Source: Torpedo marmorata (lineage: Eukaryota). From it: a stretch of DNA of 64,000 bases. The notes beneath the pieces are model-generated. The model was not told where the DNA came from. It worked only from the letters and a program-made list of their open reading frames with translations, and searched no databases. How positions within the stretch are numbered: the first letter of the stretch is position 1; every line of letters begins with the position of its first letter. The stretch lies in assembly GCA_977017645.1 (NCBI GenBank), contig OZ360230.1, forward strand, positions 35,340,001 to 35,404,000, read 5' to 3'. Positions 39,401 through 52,210 of this stretch are shown piece after piece. Position numbers and translations under genes: made by a program.

Positions 39401-40209
39401 ATCTCCTCGATTATTATCAATTCTCTCAATTGATTGTAATCATTGTTTACTTCCTTAGATGTGCACCACCTGTCAAAACACACAACCTTTTCATAGGCAA
39501 ACTCTGTATAAGATTGGGTTGCTGATCTTTTTAAATTTCTAAACTTCTGTCTATAAGCCTCTGGAACTAACTCATAAGCCTGGAGTATAGCCTTCTTCAC
39601 CGTTTCATAATCAGCAGCTTGTTCTGTGGTAAGAGTAGAATAAGCTTGCTGAGCTTTTCCTTTTATTACACTTTGCAACATAAGAGACCATTGGTCTTGT
39701 GGCCATTTCAATTTCACAGCCACTTTCTCAAAATGTTGGAAGTACTTATCTATTTCTGCCTCCTCAAATGGAGGAACCAACCTAACTTCTCTACTAGCCA
39801 AATACCCCTCAGCAGGATGACGAATTTGATCTTGGCGCTCTTCTTGTCTCCTCTCATTTTCCAACTTTATCTTTTCCAACTCATATTTCCTATTTTTCTC
39901 CTCGTTCTCATATCTCTTTTGTTCTCTGTCTATCTCCATGTCTAATCTCTTTTGTTCTCTGGCTGCCTCCAATTCCAATTTCTTTAATTCCAACTATATG
40001 TTTTCAGAAGGTTTACCCTTGGGAAACTGCTCTAACAATTTTTTTTCTTTTATATAGTACTTGACAATTTTTCTCCCAATCTCTGCCATTTTCATAGATG
40101 GTTTTACAGAAGCAATGCCCAACTCTGTTGCTATAGCCACTAACTGTTCCTTTTTCGCCTTTTTTAAAGTATCAGGTTCAGGTGATTCCAAAAATTGTTC
40201 TACATCCAT
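36409..40209 (-). pseudogene. Gag(SCAN-like, CCHC)-protease-integrase-RNase H polyprotein; TAG at 39994-39996 and RT core missing
   Basis: 1194-codon open frame: CHYCRKEGHMIASC, LRDTGA, HSTPLGGH..CRACHTC, VDCVGP/SDQGSNF/GALERFH, then directly GHGTV..YVVGQG, RRFLGMIGYYRKF, DASD, YSTIEKE, TDHNPL, NVIADCLSR. No YxDD motif. Confidence 0.93.
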
Positions 40210-40323
40210 TGTTGCTGGGTTTTTTTTTGTTACACACACACAAGCTTTTAATTAGCTTTACCAAAAGGAATGCCTTAAACCAAACTGGGATTCCTTCAAT
40301 TACCAAGATGGATTTTGATTCAA

Positions 40324-40342
40324 ATCCCGCAACGAGCCCCCA
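40324..40342 (-). promoter_or_regulatory. Primer-binding site, tRNA-Pro type (variant)
   Basis: TGGGGGCTCGTTGCGGGAT, 3 nt inside the 5' LTR. Confidence 0.85.
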
Positions 40343-40345
40343 ATT

Positions 40346-41253
40346 TGTTACAGAATCAAACCAGCAACGACAGAAGACGCAATGCAAAAGGGGTAAAATT
40401 GAAATTATTATTTATTAAACACAAGTAAACATATAATTTCACAACAATTAACCCCACTATAAACGTCTATCAACTCTATTCTTATCTAAAAGGTGTATGT
40501 GTGTGTGTGTAAAGCCCAGACCATTACAGTCTGTGCCCAACCCTTATGTAAAAATGGAAAAACTTTCCCCAAAAACCCCAGGTCAGTCATAAAAAAACAA
40601 GTCAGTCAAAAAAGCAAAAGATACACAGTCCACAAGATTCACTCTCTAAGTTCAGGCTTCACTTCAGCTCTGGGTCTGGTAGAAGTACTTCTGAATGAAC
40701 GTTGGAGAGAGACAATGACTGTTATGCTTACAAATACTTGTTTTCTTCTCTGATGACGTCCCCTTCTTGTAGGTTCATAAGGATTGCAAGTTCCAGATCA
40801 GTATACCACTGATTTAGGCGTATGCTTGAATCTCACAGCTAGTCTCGCTGATCTCACGCCTGTTCTCCACAGAAATGGCTTTTCTCTCAGAATTTCTCTC
40901 TGAGACAGGAGGCCATGTGCTATTCTGTCAGTCTTTCTCTGACTTTTGCACACAAAACTGGATCTGGCTGTGTTCTGTAGCCTTGCAACTCACAACTGTC
41001 TGCTTTGCAGAGATCTGCCCCTGCTTTTTGCAGAAGTGAAACAAATGTATCTTCTTCAGCCTGTCTCTGTCTCTCTCTCTGGTCTCTCTCTGTCTGGGTA
41101 CACCAGAAGTGTGCAACAATGTATCTTGTCTGGGTACACCAAGTAGCTGGGGAAGTTAACTCTTTCAGTACCTGGCCCCAGTGTATACTCCAAAAGAATT
41201 CATCCTTCCTGCTAACCGTCCGCAGTCCAAATGGTCAGTCATGGTCCATAACA
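40346..41253 (-). repeat. 5' LTR of copy B
   Basis: TGTTAC...ATAACA termini; repeat of 35369-36276. Confidence 0.96.
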
Positions 41254-42749
41254 TCTCATATATTTCTCAGGAGGAAATTAATGAGGCACTTGATAAGGGA
41301 AAAGAAAAAACTATAAGTTTATTCCTACAGTTTGTAAATATGGGCGCCATATTTTCAAAAATACATCATATTTATTTCTTAAATTGTAAGTAATCTTCTC
41401 AAGTGGGATACAACTACGCATTTCTGTATTCCACCATTCCATACCCAAATGGGAGTCTGATTTCCAAGTTACTGCTATACATTTTTTTGCTACTGCTAAT
41501 GCAATTTTTAAGAATTCTTTTTGATACATATTTAATTTCAATTTGGGTCTTGTCCCCTCAATGTTACCTAATAAAAACAACATTGGATCTTGTGGAAATT
41601 TAGTTCTCATAATCTGCTCTAAAAAGGTTTTTAAATCTATCGAAAAATATCTTACTTTAGGGCAAGACCAAGTTGAATGTATAAAAGTTCCTATTTCCTG
41701 ATTACATCTAAAACATTGATCTGATGAGTCTGATTTTAACCTTTTCACTTTCTGTGGTGTAATTTTTAATTGATGTAAGAAATTATATTGAACCAATCTG
41801 TACGTAACATTTATTGTATTTGTCATACTATCTCGACATAACTCCGACCAGTTTTGTTCATCAATATTTATGTTCAAATCCATCTCCCATCTTTAGCTAG
41901 ATCTATGAATCCCTTTCTTTAAAGTTCCTTTTTGTAATAAATTATACATAACTGAAGTAAATTTTTTTATACGACTGTTCCGAATCAAAATGTCAATGCC
42001 ACTAGGTTTCGGTAATAGCATTGTTGGGCCTAATTTTTCTCTGTGCTACTAGTGTTTGAGAATGAGGAGTAGACTCTAAATTTCACTCATCAGCAGTGAA
42101 CAATATAGAGAAAGGGAAGAATTAATGTTAATATTGGCTTAACTAGGTGTTACTTTTCACTGTTAAAAAAGGGAATTCTCTCTGAAATGTTTTCTTCCAA
42201 ATTCTGTTTCGTCTCAGATGGCACAGGTTCTAAACAGTAATGGTTAAATTTTATGTAAGCTATTTTTCAGCTGCGTGAGCCTCATAATGTCACAGCAGAC
42301 AAAATCTCTTTGGAATTTGCCTCTTCACTCTTTCAAACCAGTGGGCCACAAATGGATCATATAATCCCAATGGAGTTACTAGGAAATTGCTTGTGACTAA
42401 TACAGTGATGTGTACTGACATTGACTGACTTACTGGAAAGCTAATGGAAAATACTAGATCTGTTTGTATTTTAGTTAGCATAATACACCACAAAAGGAGG
42501 CCATCGGCTAGTTTAGCTCTTACTGGAATATTCAATGAGTTTTGCATAACATCAAAAGAAATAATTGTGTGGAAAGGATTATCTATATTTAGGCTGTTTT
42601 ATACACTGATTGCCTTTATTGAACTCTCTTCTTTCCTCTCAGCTTTGACATTTACTGTTAATTTCCATCCAGTCACACTTGAATGAAAAACAGAGAAGCA
42701 TTCATCCTCCTCAATTAAATTTGAAAGGGCTTTGGATCACAATGAACGG

Positions 42750-43215
42750 GTCAAATCAAGTTTATTATCATCTGATTGCACAAGTACAACCCGACAAAAC
42801 AGTGTTCTCCGGTCCTCGGTGCAAAACATGCAGACACTCAACCAGACATAACACACATGCAGACAAACAATACTGAGGCATATGAGGCACCGTTCTCCAG
42901 GTGGGTCAGGACGGAGTGAAGGGACAAGGCTACAGCATCGCCAGTGGAACAGTTTCTCCTATAATTGAAATGGGCCCAGCAACTCTGGAAGGTGTGCTTT
43001 GATGTGTTCCATCACTAGACGCTCAAAGCATTTCATATTGGTGGAGGTCATTGAGGCCTGTTATTGTCGCCCTCTTGGGTGATGGTGGCTGTCTTGAAAC
43101 CTGCAAGGACAATAAATTGCTGCAGTGAGGTGTTGAAGATGTCCGTGAAGACCTCCGTCAAGTGGTCTGCACAGTCTTTATGTTGGCTGGTCCCACTGCC
43201 TTGTGTGGGTTCATC
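42750..43215 (-). mobile_element. Rex1/Babar-like LINE fragments
   Basis: 3' tail homologous to 25630-25752, followed by decayed RT-like sequence (LTEVFTDIFNTSLQQ on minus). Confidence 0.6.
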
Positions 43216-43440
43216 TTTGTCTAAATGGGGACAATGGAAGTTTTGCCCAGCAATTTAAAAAAAACATGCTCAATGAAAATGGGTGTTAGTGGATTGGTGT
43301 GCTTTTTTAGACCCTATGGAGTAGTCAATAGAATTGGAAATTGAAGCAGAAAATGCTGGAAATACATAACATGTCTGCCATATGTATGAACTAAAAGCCA
43401 GAGTTACCCCTTCATCAGGCTTGTAAAAAGTTAGAAGTGA

Positions 43441-43699
43441 CAGCACGGTTAGCATAGCAGTTAGCTCAACACTGTTACAGCGCCAGCGATTGGGACTGGG
43501 GTTCGAATCCCGCGTTTTCTGTAAGGAGTTTGTACGTTCTCCCTGTGACTGTGTGGGTTTCCTCTGGGTGCTCCGGTTTCCTCCCACCCTTCAAAACGTA
43601 CCAGGGTTGTAGGTCGATTGGGTGTAATTGGGCAGCACGGGCTCGTGGGCTGGAAGGGCCTGTTACCGTGCTGTATGTCGAAATTTAAATTTAAATTTG
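43441..43699 (+). mobile_element. V-SINE
   Basis: A/B boxes, V-domain, (AAATTT)n tail. Confidence 0.88.
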
Positions 43700-45307
43700 A
43701 AGCAAGATTTATAGGAGAAAGAATGGGGGTGAGGAAATGCTGACAGGATGTCTCTCCTCATGACAGAATCCAGAGGAAGGGATCACAGTTCCTGAAAAAG
43801 GAGTCACCATTTGAGTCCAATGAGGATATTTCTCTCAAAGAGCACCTCCTCAGTCAAACCCTCTACTAATCAGAGGTTTCATTCAGAATTTCCTGGTCTT
43901 TGCTGTTATATGTGTCATCCTCTATACCACTGTCCTTTAAATTGTTTATTAAACCTTGATTCACATAACGTTTTGAGAGCTGTGGAGCCTATTGGATATA
44001 TTCAAGACCAAGAAGGACTGTTTTGGACAGTTTTAGTCTGTAGGGCTATTGAGGGTTATGGGAAACAGGCAGGAAAATAGAGCTCCAGCAAAGATCAATT
44101 TAGGGCTGCACGGGCTCGTGGACCGGAAGGGCCTGTTACCATACAAAGATCAACTTAGTTGAATAGTGGACAGTTTGGGAAGGGGGCTCATGAACTATTT
44201 CTGTTCTCATTTATATGACCTTGCCTGGAGTACTGTATGCTGCAGCACCAAAGGAATGAGACGTACTTGTATTAAAGGCAGTGTAACAAATACTCTTTTT
44301 CTTTTCTCCTGGGAATCCATTGTGGCCCTGGACTCTCAGGAATTCAGTAAAGTAAGAAAGTGATCTCACTGAAGCATGGAATTCTGAAAGTGTTTGACAG
44401 AGTAGATACGGGGCAGCAGATCAGGCAGCATCCATGGAAGGCAATAAACAGCCAACGTTTCAGGCCGAAACCTTTCATCACGACTTTGTTTGGCCAGTCT
44501 GTTCAGTTCTGCCAAAAAGTAATCCATCTGTAATACTAAGTCAGTTTATTTTCCTCTCCACAGGCACACAGATCTTGATTCTAGGTCTCAACAACAGCCT
44601 TGACCTACATTTCACAGTTTCACTTGTCCCTTTGCTTGGTTTTGCCCTCTCCATCGGCCCTCATTAATCTATTAACCAGATAACCCCATAAACACTGGAA
44701 TCGCCTTGGCAAATGTGGCCTTGATTTACCAGAGCATGTACTGTCCATCTCTCTCCCACCGCCTCTGCAACTTACACCGAACATGTTTTCACACATTCCC
44801 AGATTGACCTGAAACATCCTTCACTGTTTGTCTTTCCAATGACTCTGCATGGTCAGACAAGTGTTTCTATTTTGGGTGGAATCCAATTTGCTCCATCTTA
44901 ATAGAATTGTGATAGAGCGAAAAAAGAGATTTGAAAGTATTAAGGAAGAAGCTATGAAGCTTTCAAACTAGAGTTTGATGGCTGTAAGAATAGCACATTT
45001 GAAATATGAAAGAAATGGAACATAAATCTGAGGAGCTTATCTTCTTGTTATTAAAAAAAGCAAACATGTTCCGACCCTACCTGGATTATTGTTTGTTGGT
45101 CCAGATAGGAAATGCAGTGAAACTCTAATATCCTACTGTCTGATTGTTCACCAGGCATTCTGCTCACCGAGCACTGTTTTCTGTACCCCCTTTAATCTCA
45201 CTGGATATTTGGGAAATGTGTTATACTTCTGTGTAACAGCTAAAAAGATGAATTATAAGTGTGTTGTGATAGTAACAGGAATAGCAACTAAGAGTCTAGA
45301 AAATTTA

Positions 45308-46690
45308 AGAAAAACACAGTGCTGGAGAAACTCAGCAGGTCAAACAGTGTACTTTATACAGCAAAGATAAAGATACATAACCAAATTTTCAGGCTTGAGC
45401 CCTTCATCAAGGCATGAGCAAAATGTAGGTAGGCGTCTGAATAAAATGGTGGGGGGGGAGTGCAGGAGGACAGGAGGAGGAGCACAGTCCCACAGGCAGG
45501 AGGTAATAGGTGGATAAGGGAGGGAGGGCACACCAGCAAATAGGGGGAGGGGAGGGAAAGCACTGTGAATGGAGAGGGAAGGCGGTGGAGAGCTGGAAGG
45601 AGACAGAGGGATAGGGAAGAGAGGGAGAACGAAGTGGTCTAGCAAAAACTGGAGAGTTGATGTTAATGTTATCCGGTTGGAGAGTGCCCAGATGGAATAT
45701 TTGTGTTGCTCCTCCAATTTACGGGTGGCTCTGGTTTGACAGTGCATGAGACCATAGACAGCATGGGACTAGGGTGTAGAATTGAAATGGTTGGCCACTG
45801 GGAGATCCCTGTTATTGATGCGGCCAGAGCAAAGGTGCTCAGTGAAACGATCTCCCAGACTGCATGCAGTCTCTGCGATGTAGGGAAGGCCTCAACAGGA
45901 GCCCCGGATTCAGTAGATGACTCCCGCAGACACATGTGAAGTGCTGCTTCCCTTGGAAGGACTGTTTGGGGCCCCTAATCGTGGTGAAGGAGGAGGTGTG
46001 GGCACGTTGGCGCTTCCTGCAGTCACAGGGGAAGGTGCCAAGGGGGCGATTAGTGGGAAGGGATGAGTGGACGAGGGAGTCATGGAGGGAGCGGTCCCTA
46101 CAGAACGCAGAGAGGAGAAGATGTGTCTGTTGGTGGGATCACGTTGTAGGTGACAGAATTTGTAGAGGACAATATGTTTGATGCGGAGACTGGTGGGGTG
46201 GTAGGTGAGAACAAGGGGAATCTTGCTCGTTGCGTCTAGGGGCAGAGGTGACTAGGGGAGATGTGCAGGAAATGGAGGAGATGCGGGTAAGGGCTGAGTT
46301 GATGGTGGTAGAGGGGAAGCCACATTTTTTGAAGAAGGAGGACATCTCGGATGATCTGGAATGAAAGACCTCATCTTGGGAGCAGATGTGACGAAGATGG
46401 AGTAATTGAGAGAAAGGAATAGATTCCTTACAGGGATGTGGATGTTAAGAAGTGTAGTCGAGGTAATTGTGGGAGTTGGTAGGTTTGCAAAAAATATCTG
46501 TAGAAAGTTTGATGGAGACAGAAAGATCAAGAAAGGGGAGAGTGTCCTGGAGATGGACCAAGTGAATTTGAGGTCGGGGTGAAAGTTAGCAGCAAAGTAA
46601 ATAAAGTTGACGAGCTCATCATGGGTGCATGAGGCTGAACCAATGTAGTCATCAATGTAACGGAGGAAGAGTTGAGGGGTCTTATCGCTC
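45308..46690 (-). mobile_element. Penelope-like element (RT C-terminus, GIY-YIG region, 3' end), decayed
   Basis: FLRYIDDYIG...FAANFHPDLKFT, FFKKCGFP, TRKLEEQH; 3' end CTTGATGAAGGGCTCAAGCCTGAAA. Confidence 0.85.
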
Positions 46691-47128
46691 AGCCCCTGCA
46701 AAGTCCTGAGGGTGCCAGATTATTGGAGATTTACGCAATAGGGAGGATATTATTAACATTGAAACAGAATGGAAGCAAGGAACAAAAGAACCTCTGATTA
46801 GCTGGGACTGTAAATTTGCAAACAAAACTCAGAACTTGTGGTGCAGTGGCTATTTGCAATATAAGAATTGCATTTAATTGAATTGAAAAGTGTATGTAAA
46901 CAATAGATGACTAATTCCTAAAGCAAAAGCACAAAGTACACACATAAATATAAATATGCTGCGATATTTGAAAATAGCAGAGGACACATGTCAAAATTTC
47001 TTTTCGACTGATGTGACTGGATGAGTAACAGTATCTTTCTAAAATATAATGCTTGGAGTATTATCATTAACATGATCCTGGTGCATCCACCATCTTGTGG
47101 AGATTGTGCTATAATCAAAAGTGATATA

Positions 47129-47803
47129 CAGTGCTCTCCATAATGTTTGGGACAAAGACTCTTTTTTCCTTCATTTGCCCCTGTGCTCAACAGTTTTAAA
47201 TTTGTAATCAAACAATTCACATGTAATTAAAGTGCACATTCCAGATTTTATTCAAGGGTATTTGTGTACATTTTGGTTTGACCATGTAGAAATTACAGCA
47301 CTTTTTATACATAGTCCCCTCATTTCAGGGCATCATAATGTTTGGGACAATTGGCTTCACAGGTGTTTGTCAGTACTCAGATATGTTTAATTGCTTCCTT
47401 GGTACAGGTATAACAGAGCTAGGCTTGCTTCTAAGATTTTGATCACCTTTTGAGTCTGTAGATGCCATTTTTCAATACGAGGACCAGAGTTGTGCCAATG
47501 AACGTCAAAGAAGCCACAATGAAGCTGAAAAACAAGAATAACACAGTAAGAGACATCACCCAAACCTTTGGAACATCATTAAGAAGAAAGAGCGTTCTGG
47601 TGACCTCAGCAATCTCAAGGGGACTGGTAGTCCAAGGAAGATTTCCACTGCTGATGACAGAAGAATTCTCATCAGAATGAAGAAAAATCCCCAATCTTAT
47701 GTCCGACAGATCAGGAACACTCTTCAGGAGGCAGGTGTAGATATGTCAATGACTACTGTCCGCAGAAGACTTCATGAAAAGAAATTCATTATGGAAGGCA
47801 CTG
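47129..47803 (+). mobile_element. Tc1 deletion derivative of the 14678-16650 family
   Basis: Full left IR/DR and transposase N-terminus, then only the last 17 bp of the right TIR (CATTATGGAAGGCACTG); TA on both flanks. Confidence 0.9.
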
Positions 47804-48312
47804 TAGATACTCACAACCAGATCTCATCACCTCCCCCATATCCTTGTTCAATTCTATTTTGTTTGTCTTTCCTGTTTGGTCCCTTCTTTTCATTTATTTA
47901 CCAGCTCATCGAGCAGAATATTGTGGATTATAATGTCTGCTAAGTTATTTGCCAGAGTTAACCAACTGAGACTAGTTCTGGAATTAAAAGCTTTAATTTA
48001 TTAACCATCTACATCATGGCACCTATTTTATTTGGCCTCCTTCGCAGAGAACCAGCATCAAATATTCTGCTCAGTAATGTCTAGCAGGCAGAAGGGAGAC
48101 CTTCTTAAGCAAGTGCAAAATTATTTCAAGGTAATTTGGACTCCTTATAAAATGTTTGTTTTTTTAACACAATGGGTTCACCTCTTGAATTTATGAATTC
48201 TTCTGAATACCCTATTCCAGTGATGATGACAACTTCCTTTCCACCCTCTTGTAACGAGCCCGCCAGTTTGGTAACATTCCCGTAAATCTTTTCTGCACCC
48301 TTTCCATCTTAA

Positions 48313-48562
48313 GGGCGGCACGGTTATCGTAGCGGATGGCACACTCAGCGTAGTGGGTGGCATGGCTAGCGTAATGGTTAGCGCAACGCTGTTAGAGCGC
48401 CAGCGAGCGGGCTTTGAATCCAGCGCTGTCTGTAAGGAGTTTGTACATTCTCCCTGTGTCTGTGTGGGTTTCCTCCGGGTGCTCCAGTTTCATCCCATCC
48501 TTCAAAAAAACGTACCGGGTTGGAGGTCAATTGGGTTTAATTGAGCTGTATGTCTCAATTTA
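48313..48562 (+). mobile_element. V-SINE with reiterated head segments
   Basis: Three GGCAC/GGCAT..TAGCGTAG-like head starts precede the body. Confidence 0.8.
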
Positions 48563-49038
48563 AAAATGTTAAAATGTTAAAAATTTAAAAGAAGTTATGA
48601 GGTCCTTATAGGGGCCCTGTATAACATTCACCAATCCCATTTTCCAACCCATTCTTATCCAACTCCTTTTTGCAAAGTGTCAATCAAATCTTTGAAATTG
48701 CAGGTTGTGTCCCAATTGCATCTGATGCCAATGTCTTTACAATGCAAAATTCCATGATATTCTGTTCATCAACGATATAATTAGTGGCAGACAATTTATG
48801 CACAACATTACCTTTGCATTATAATCATTGCTTGAATACTGTATTTTTTTCTATCACTTACCAGATGGTTGAAATTAGCCATCAAAATGGAACTGTTGCA
48901 AACACTCCCCAGCTAATTGCCTCTCGAAATCTATTAAATCTTAAGGTAGGAATGAGTGAAGCACCTGCTCCAATTTGTCTCTATAAATTTTAGGTTATCC
49001 AAGTCTCCACTGCCCATGTCCAAATGCATCTCACCTAT

Positions 49039-49297
49039 GGGGCGGCATGGTTAGCGCACCGCTGTTACAGTGGTAGCGATCGGGACTTGGGTTCGAATCC
49101 CGCGCTGTCTGTAAGGAGTTTGTACATTCTCCCTGTGTCTGCGTGGGTTTTCCCCGGGGGCTCTGGTTTCCTCCCACCGTTCAAAATGTACCGGGGGTTG
49201 TAGGTTAATTGGGTGCAATTGTGCGGCACGGGCTCGTGGGCCGAAAGGGCCTGTTACCGTGCTGTATGTCTAAATTTAAAAAAAATTAAAATTAAAT
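49039..49297 (+). mobile_element. V-SINE
   Basis: B box GGTTCGAATCCC, V-domain, CR1-like tail. Confidence 0.88.
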
Positions 49298-51705
49298 TTT
49301 TTTTTTTAAGTGTGACTAATTTTAACAACAGTTTGGTATTAAAATTCTCATCCTTACTTTCAAATCTGTCTGCTACCTTTTCCCTTCCCATCCCCACCCA
49401 TTTGTGTAAACGTCTCCAGCTATAAAACCCTCCAAAATATGTGCTCTCCTTCACTCCCAGCTCTTGACCGTCCACAGATATAATTGCTCCAACTCTGGCT
49501 GCCGTTGCCTTCATCTGCTGAAGTCCTCAGCTCTGGAATTCTGACTTTAAACCTCTTTATCATCTTTTCTCAAACTTATTTTGTGACCAAGCATTTGGTT
49601 TATCTGCCCTGATATCTCTTTCTGTGGCATATGTTAAATATGTTCAATAACACTCCTGTGAAGCACCCTTGTTTTGGTTGCCATAAGTTTAAATAGATAT
49701 TGAGTTCTGTGACACTTTGATCTCTCCCTATTAGCAGATTGTGAAAGTATTGATGTTTTTCATGGGAGAGGTTAAGTTTTTTTTTCAAATATGTTTTGCA
49801 GAAAATTTCTAATGAAATTGAACAATGATATTCTCATAATTTATTCATAACCTACTACATTGGAGAATAAATCATAATCTTTTTTTTTGAATATTTTATT
49901 TGTATTTTTTAAAGCCAAACATATTATCAATAACAAAAATAATACATCATCGAATATAATATTCGTCTGTTGACTATTATACTAAAAAATAACAACAAAA
50001 TTACAAACAGAGAATAACCCACCCACCCAATACCCCCCTAAAAGAAAGAAAGGAGAGGAATAGAATAAGAAAAGGTTGAAGTAGAAAAGGAAAGAAGACG
50101 TTGGAGGTTCGTCATCCACCCCGCAGTCTTAAATTACTTGGCATACTCGGATTTTTAAAGAGGAAATGGACATAGGTCCTGGAGGCGAGGAGGGGCCTAG
50201 CTATAGATTTACAGCCATATATTGTAAATATGGAGTCCAAATCTTTAAAAATATATCATATCTATTTCTAAAGTTATAGGCAATCTTCTCAAGGGGAACA
50301 CAACTGTACATTTCCTCATTCCATCTTGTCATACCTAGATGGGAATCAGACTTCCATGTGACCGCTATACATTTCCTGGCCACCGCCAATGCGATCTCTA
50401 CAAATTTTATTTGAAATTTTGACAGCCTCATCTTAGGTCTTATGCCAGAGATATTGCCCGATAGAAATAATTCTGGGCGTTGGCTGTCCACTGTCTCCAA
50501 CTCTTTTTATTTTGGTTATAGAACCATTAGCGGAAGCTATTCGGCGAGATCCAGACATTAAGGGATTCAGGATTAACCAGGAAGAGCACAAAATTAACTT
50601 ATTTGTGGATGATGTACTGATATACCTGACAGAACCAGCAGTTTCATTAGAAAATTTGCACTTAAAATTAGAAGATTATGGGAAAATTTCAGGTTATAAG
50701 ATAAATTGGTACAAAAGTGAAATTATGCCACTTACGGGTGGGAATTATACTCAATACCAAAGGAATACTAAATTTAAGTGACTTGCAAATGGGATAAAAT
50801 ATTTAGGTATCAAAACAAATAACAACTTACAAGATTTGTATAAGTTAAATTATCTCCCCTTGCTTAGAAAAGCTGAAGAGGACCTTAACAGATGGACGGC
50901 ACTGCCAATAACACTTATTGGTAGGGTCAACTGTATAAAAATGAATATATTGCCACGGCCCAATATCTTTTCCAAACACTACCTATACTATTGCCTCGAA
51001 AGTTCTTTCAAGATTTAAACAAATGTATCAGGAAGTTTATTTGGAGAGGTAAGGTAGCCAGAGTCTCCACTGAAAAATTAACATGGAGATATGAACTGGG
51101 AGGTTTACAACTCCCAGATTTTAAAAAATATTATTGGGCAGCCCAAATGAAATTTGTCACCTTTTTTGAAAGGGGAGACAAGCCTTTTTGGGTAAAGATG
51201 GAACTGCATAAGGTGGGAGAGAGGATAGCAGAAGACTTTATATACAAATAGGATAAAAAATTAATATCCGGTGTGAAAGAATCCCCCCTGTTGAAACACA
51301 TAATTGATACCTGGTATAAAATAAATTATCAAATTGGGAATAAGGGGAGGTTATCTCCAAAAACGCCCCTGGCTCAAAATAGGTGTATACCTTTTACAAT
51401 GAATAGTAAGATCCTGGACGCCTGGTCCCGGAAAGGGATCAGATGTGTCGAGGATTGCTATGAGCAGGGACAACTTATGTCATTTGAACAATTAAAAAAT
51501 AAGTATGGTATTATGAACAACACACTCTTCTGCTATTTCCAGTTGAGATCTTACTTAAGGGATAAATTGGGCCCATCAATGACCCAACCGAAATGCAGTG
51601 AAGTGGAGTATTTGATTCAAAAGGGGATCACAAAGAAGTTTATTTCAGTAGCCTATCTTTTACTACAAAAAGGAACCCCTAAACAGGGGCTACATAGATC
51701 TAGAC

Positions 51706-51854
51706 CAGAGGTTCTCAACCATTTTTTAACCACTCACATACCACCTTAAATAATCCCTTATTAACCACAGAACACCTATGGCATAGGTACTCTGTGGTTA
51801 GTAAGAGATTACTTAAGGTGGTATGTGAGTGGAAAAAAAGGTTGAGAACCACTG
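51706..51854. mobile_element. hAT (Charlie-type) palindromic MITE, 149 bp
   Basis: TIRs CAGAGGTTCTCAACC / GGTTGAGAACCACTG; perfect 8-bp TSD ATCTAGAC (51698-51705, 51855-51862). Confidence 0.95.
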
Positions 51855-51998
51855 ATCTAGACAGAGATGGGAATCAGACTTGGATATAATAATTAATGAA
51901 CAAAACTTGTCCGACTTATGTCGGGACAGTATGAAAAATACAATAAATGTGAGATACAGACTGGTACAATATAATTTTTTGCACCAGTTATATCTCAC

Positions 51999-52210
51999 TG
52001 ATATGCCTATCAATTAGCACTCAAGAGACTATGAGTGGGTTAACGAACCATAGGCTTTAATACACATAAAACAGACCAACAGTAGACCTGCAGATCTCTC
52101 CCGGACTGTGGGCGGAGCAGTGGCACACAGGCCTTTATTCAGGTGAGAAAAGGGGAGGGATTACCTGGACACCCAAAGGAGGGGAGAGGAGTCGCCGGGA
52201 CAGACAGCAG
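51999..52210 (-). repeat. 3' LTR, lacking its first ~32 bp
   Basis: Matches 55894-56105 with one mismatch seen, then joins the integrase C-terminus directly. Confidence 0.92.

Larger units (their letters stand above)
35369..41253 (-). mobile_element. Gmr1-like Gypsy LTR retrotransposon, copy B: two LTRs, RT core deleted
   Basis: 908-bp LTRs, 4-bp TSD TCTC (35365-35368, 41254-41257), PBS, PPT; domain order gag-PR-IN-(RT remnant)-RH. Confidence 0.96.
34327..42042 (-). mobile_element. 5'-truncated L1 hosting two later insertions
   Basis: ORF2 C-terminus 41311-41883; T-rich tail at 34323-34341; 15-bp TSD GTGCTACTAGTGTTT at 34312-34326 and 42043-42057. Confidence 0.9.

Noticed and set aside
39994-39996. 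Programmed stop-codon readthrough in gag
   Set aside because: Copy A has CAG at this codon, and the stop is early in gag rather than at a gag-pol boundary; a nonsense mutation is simpler.
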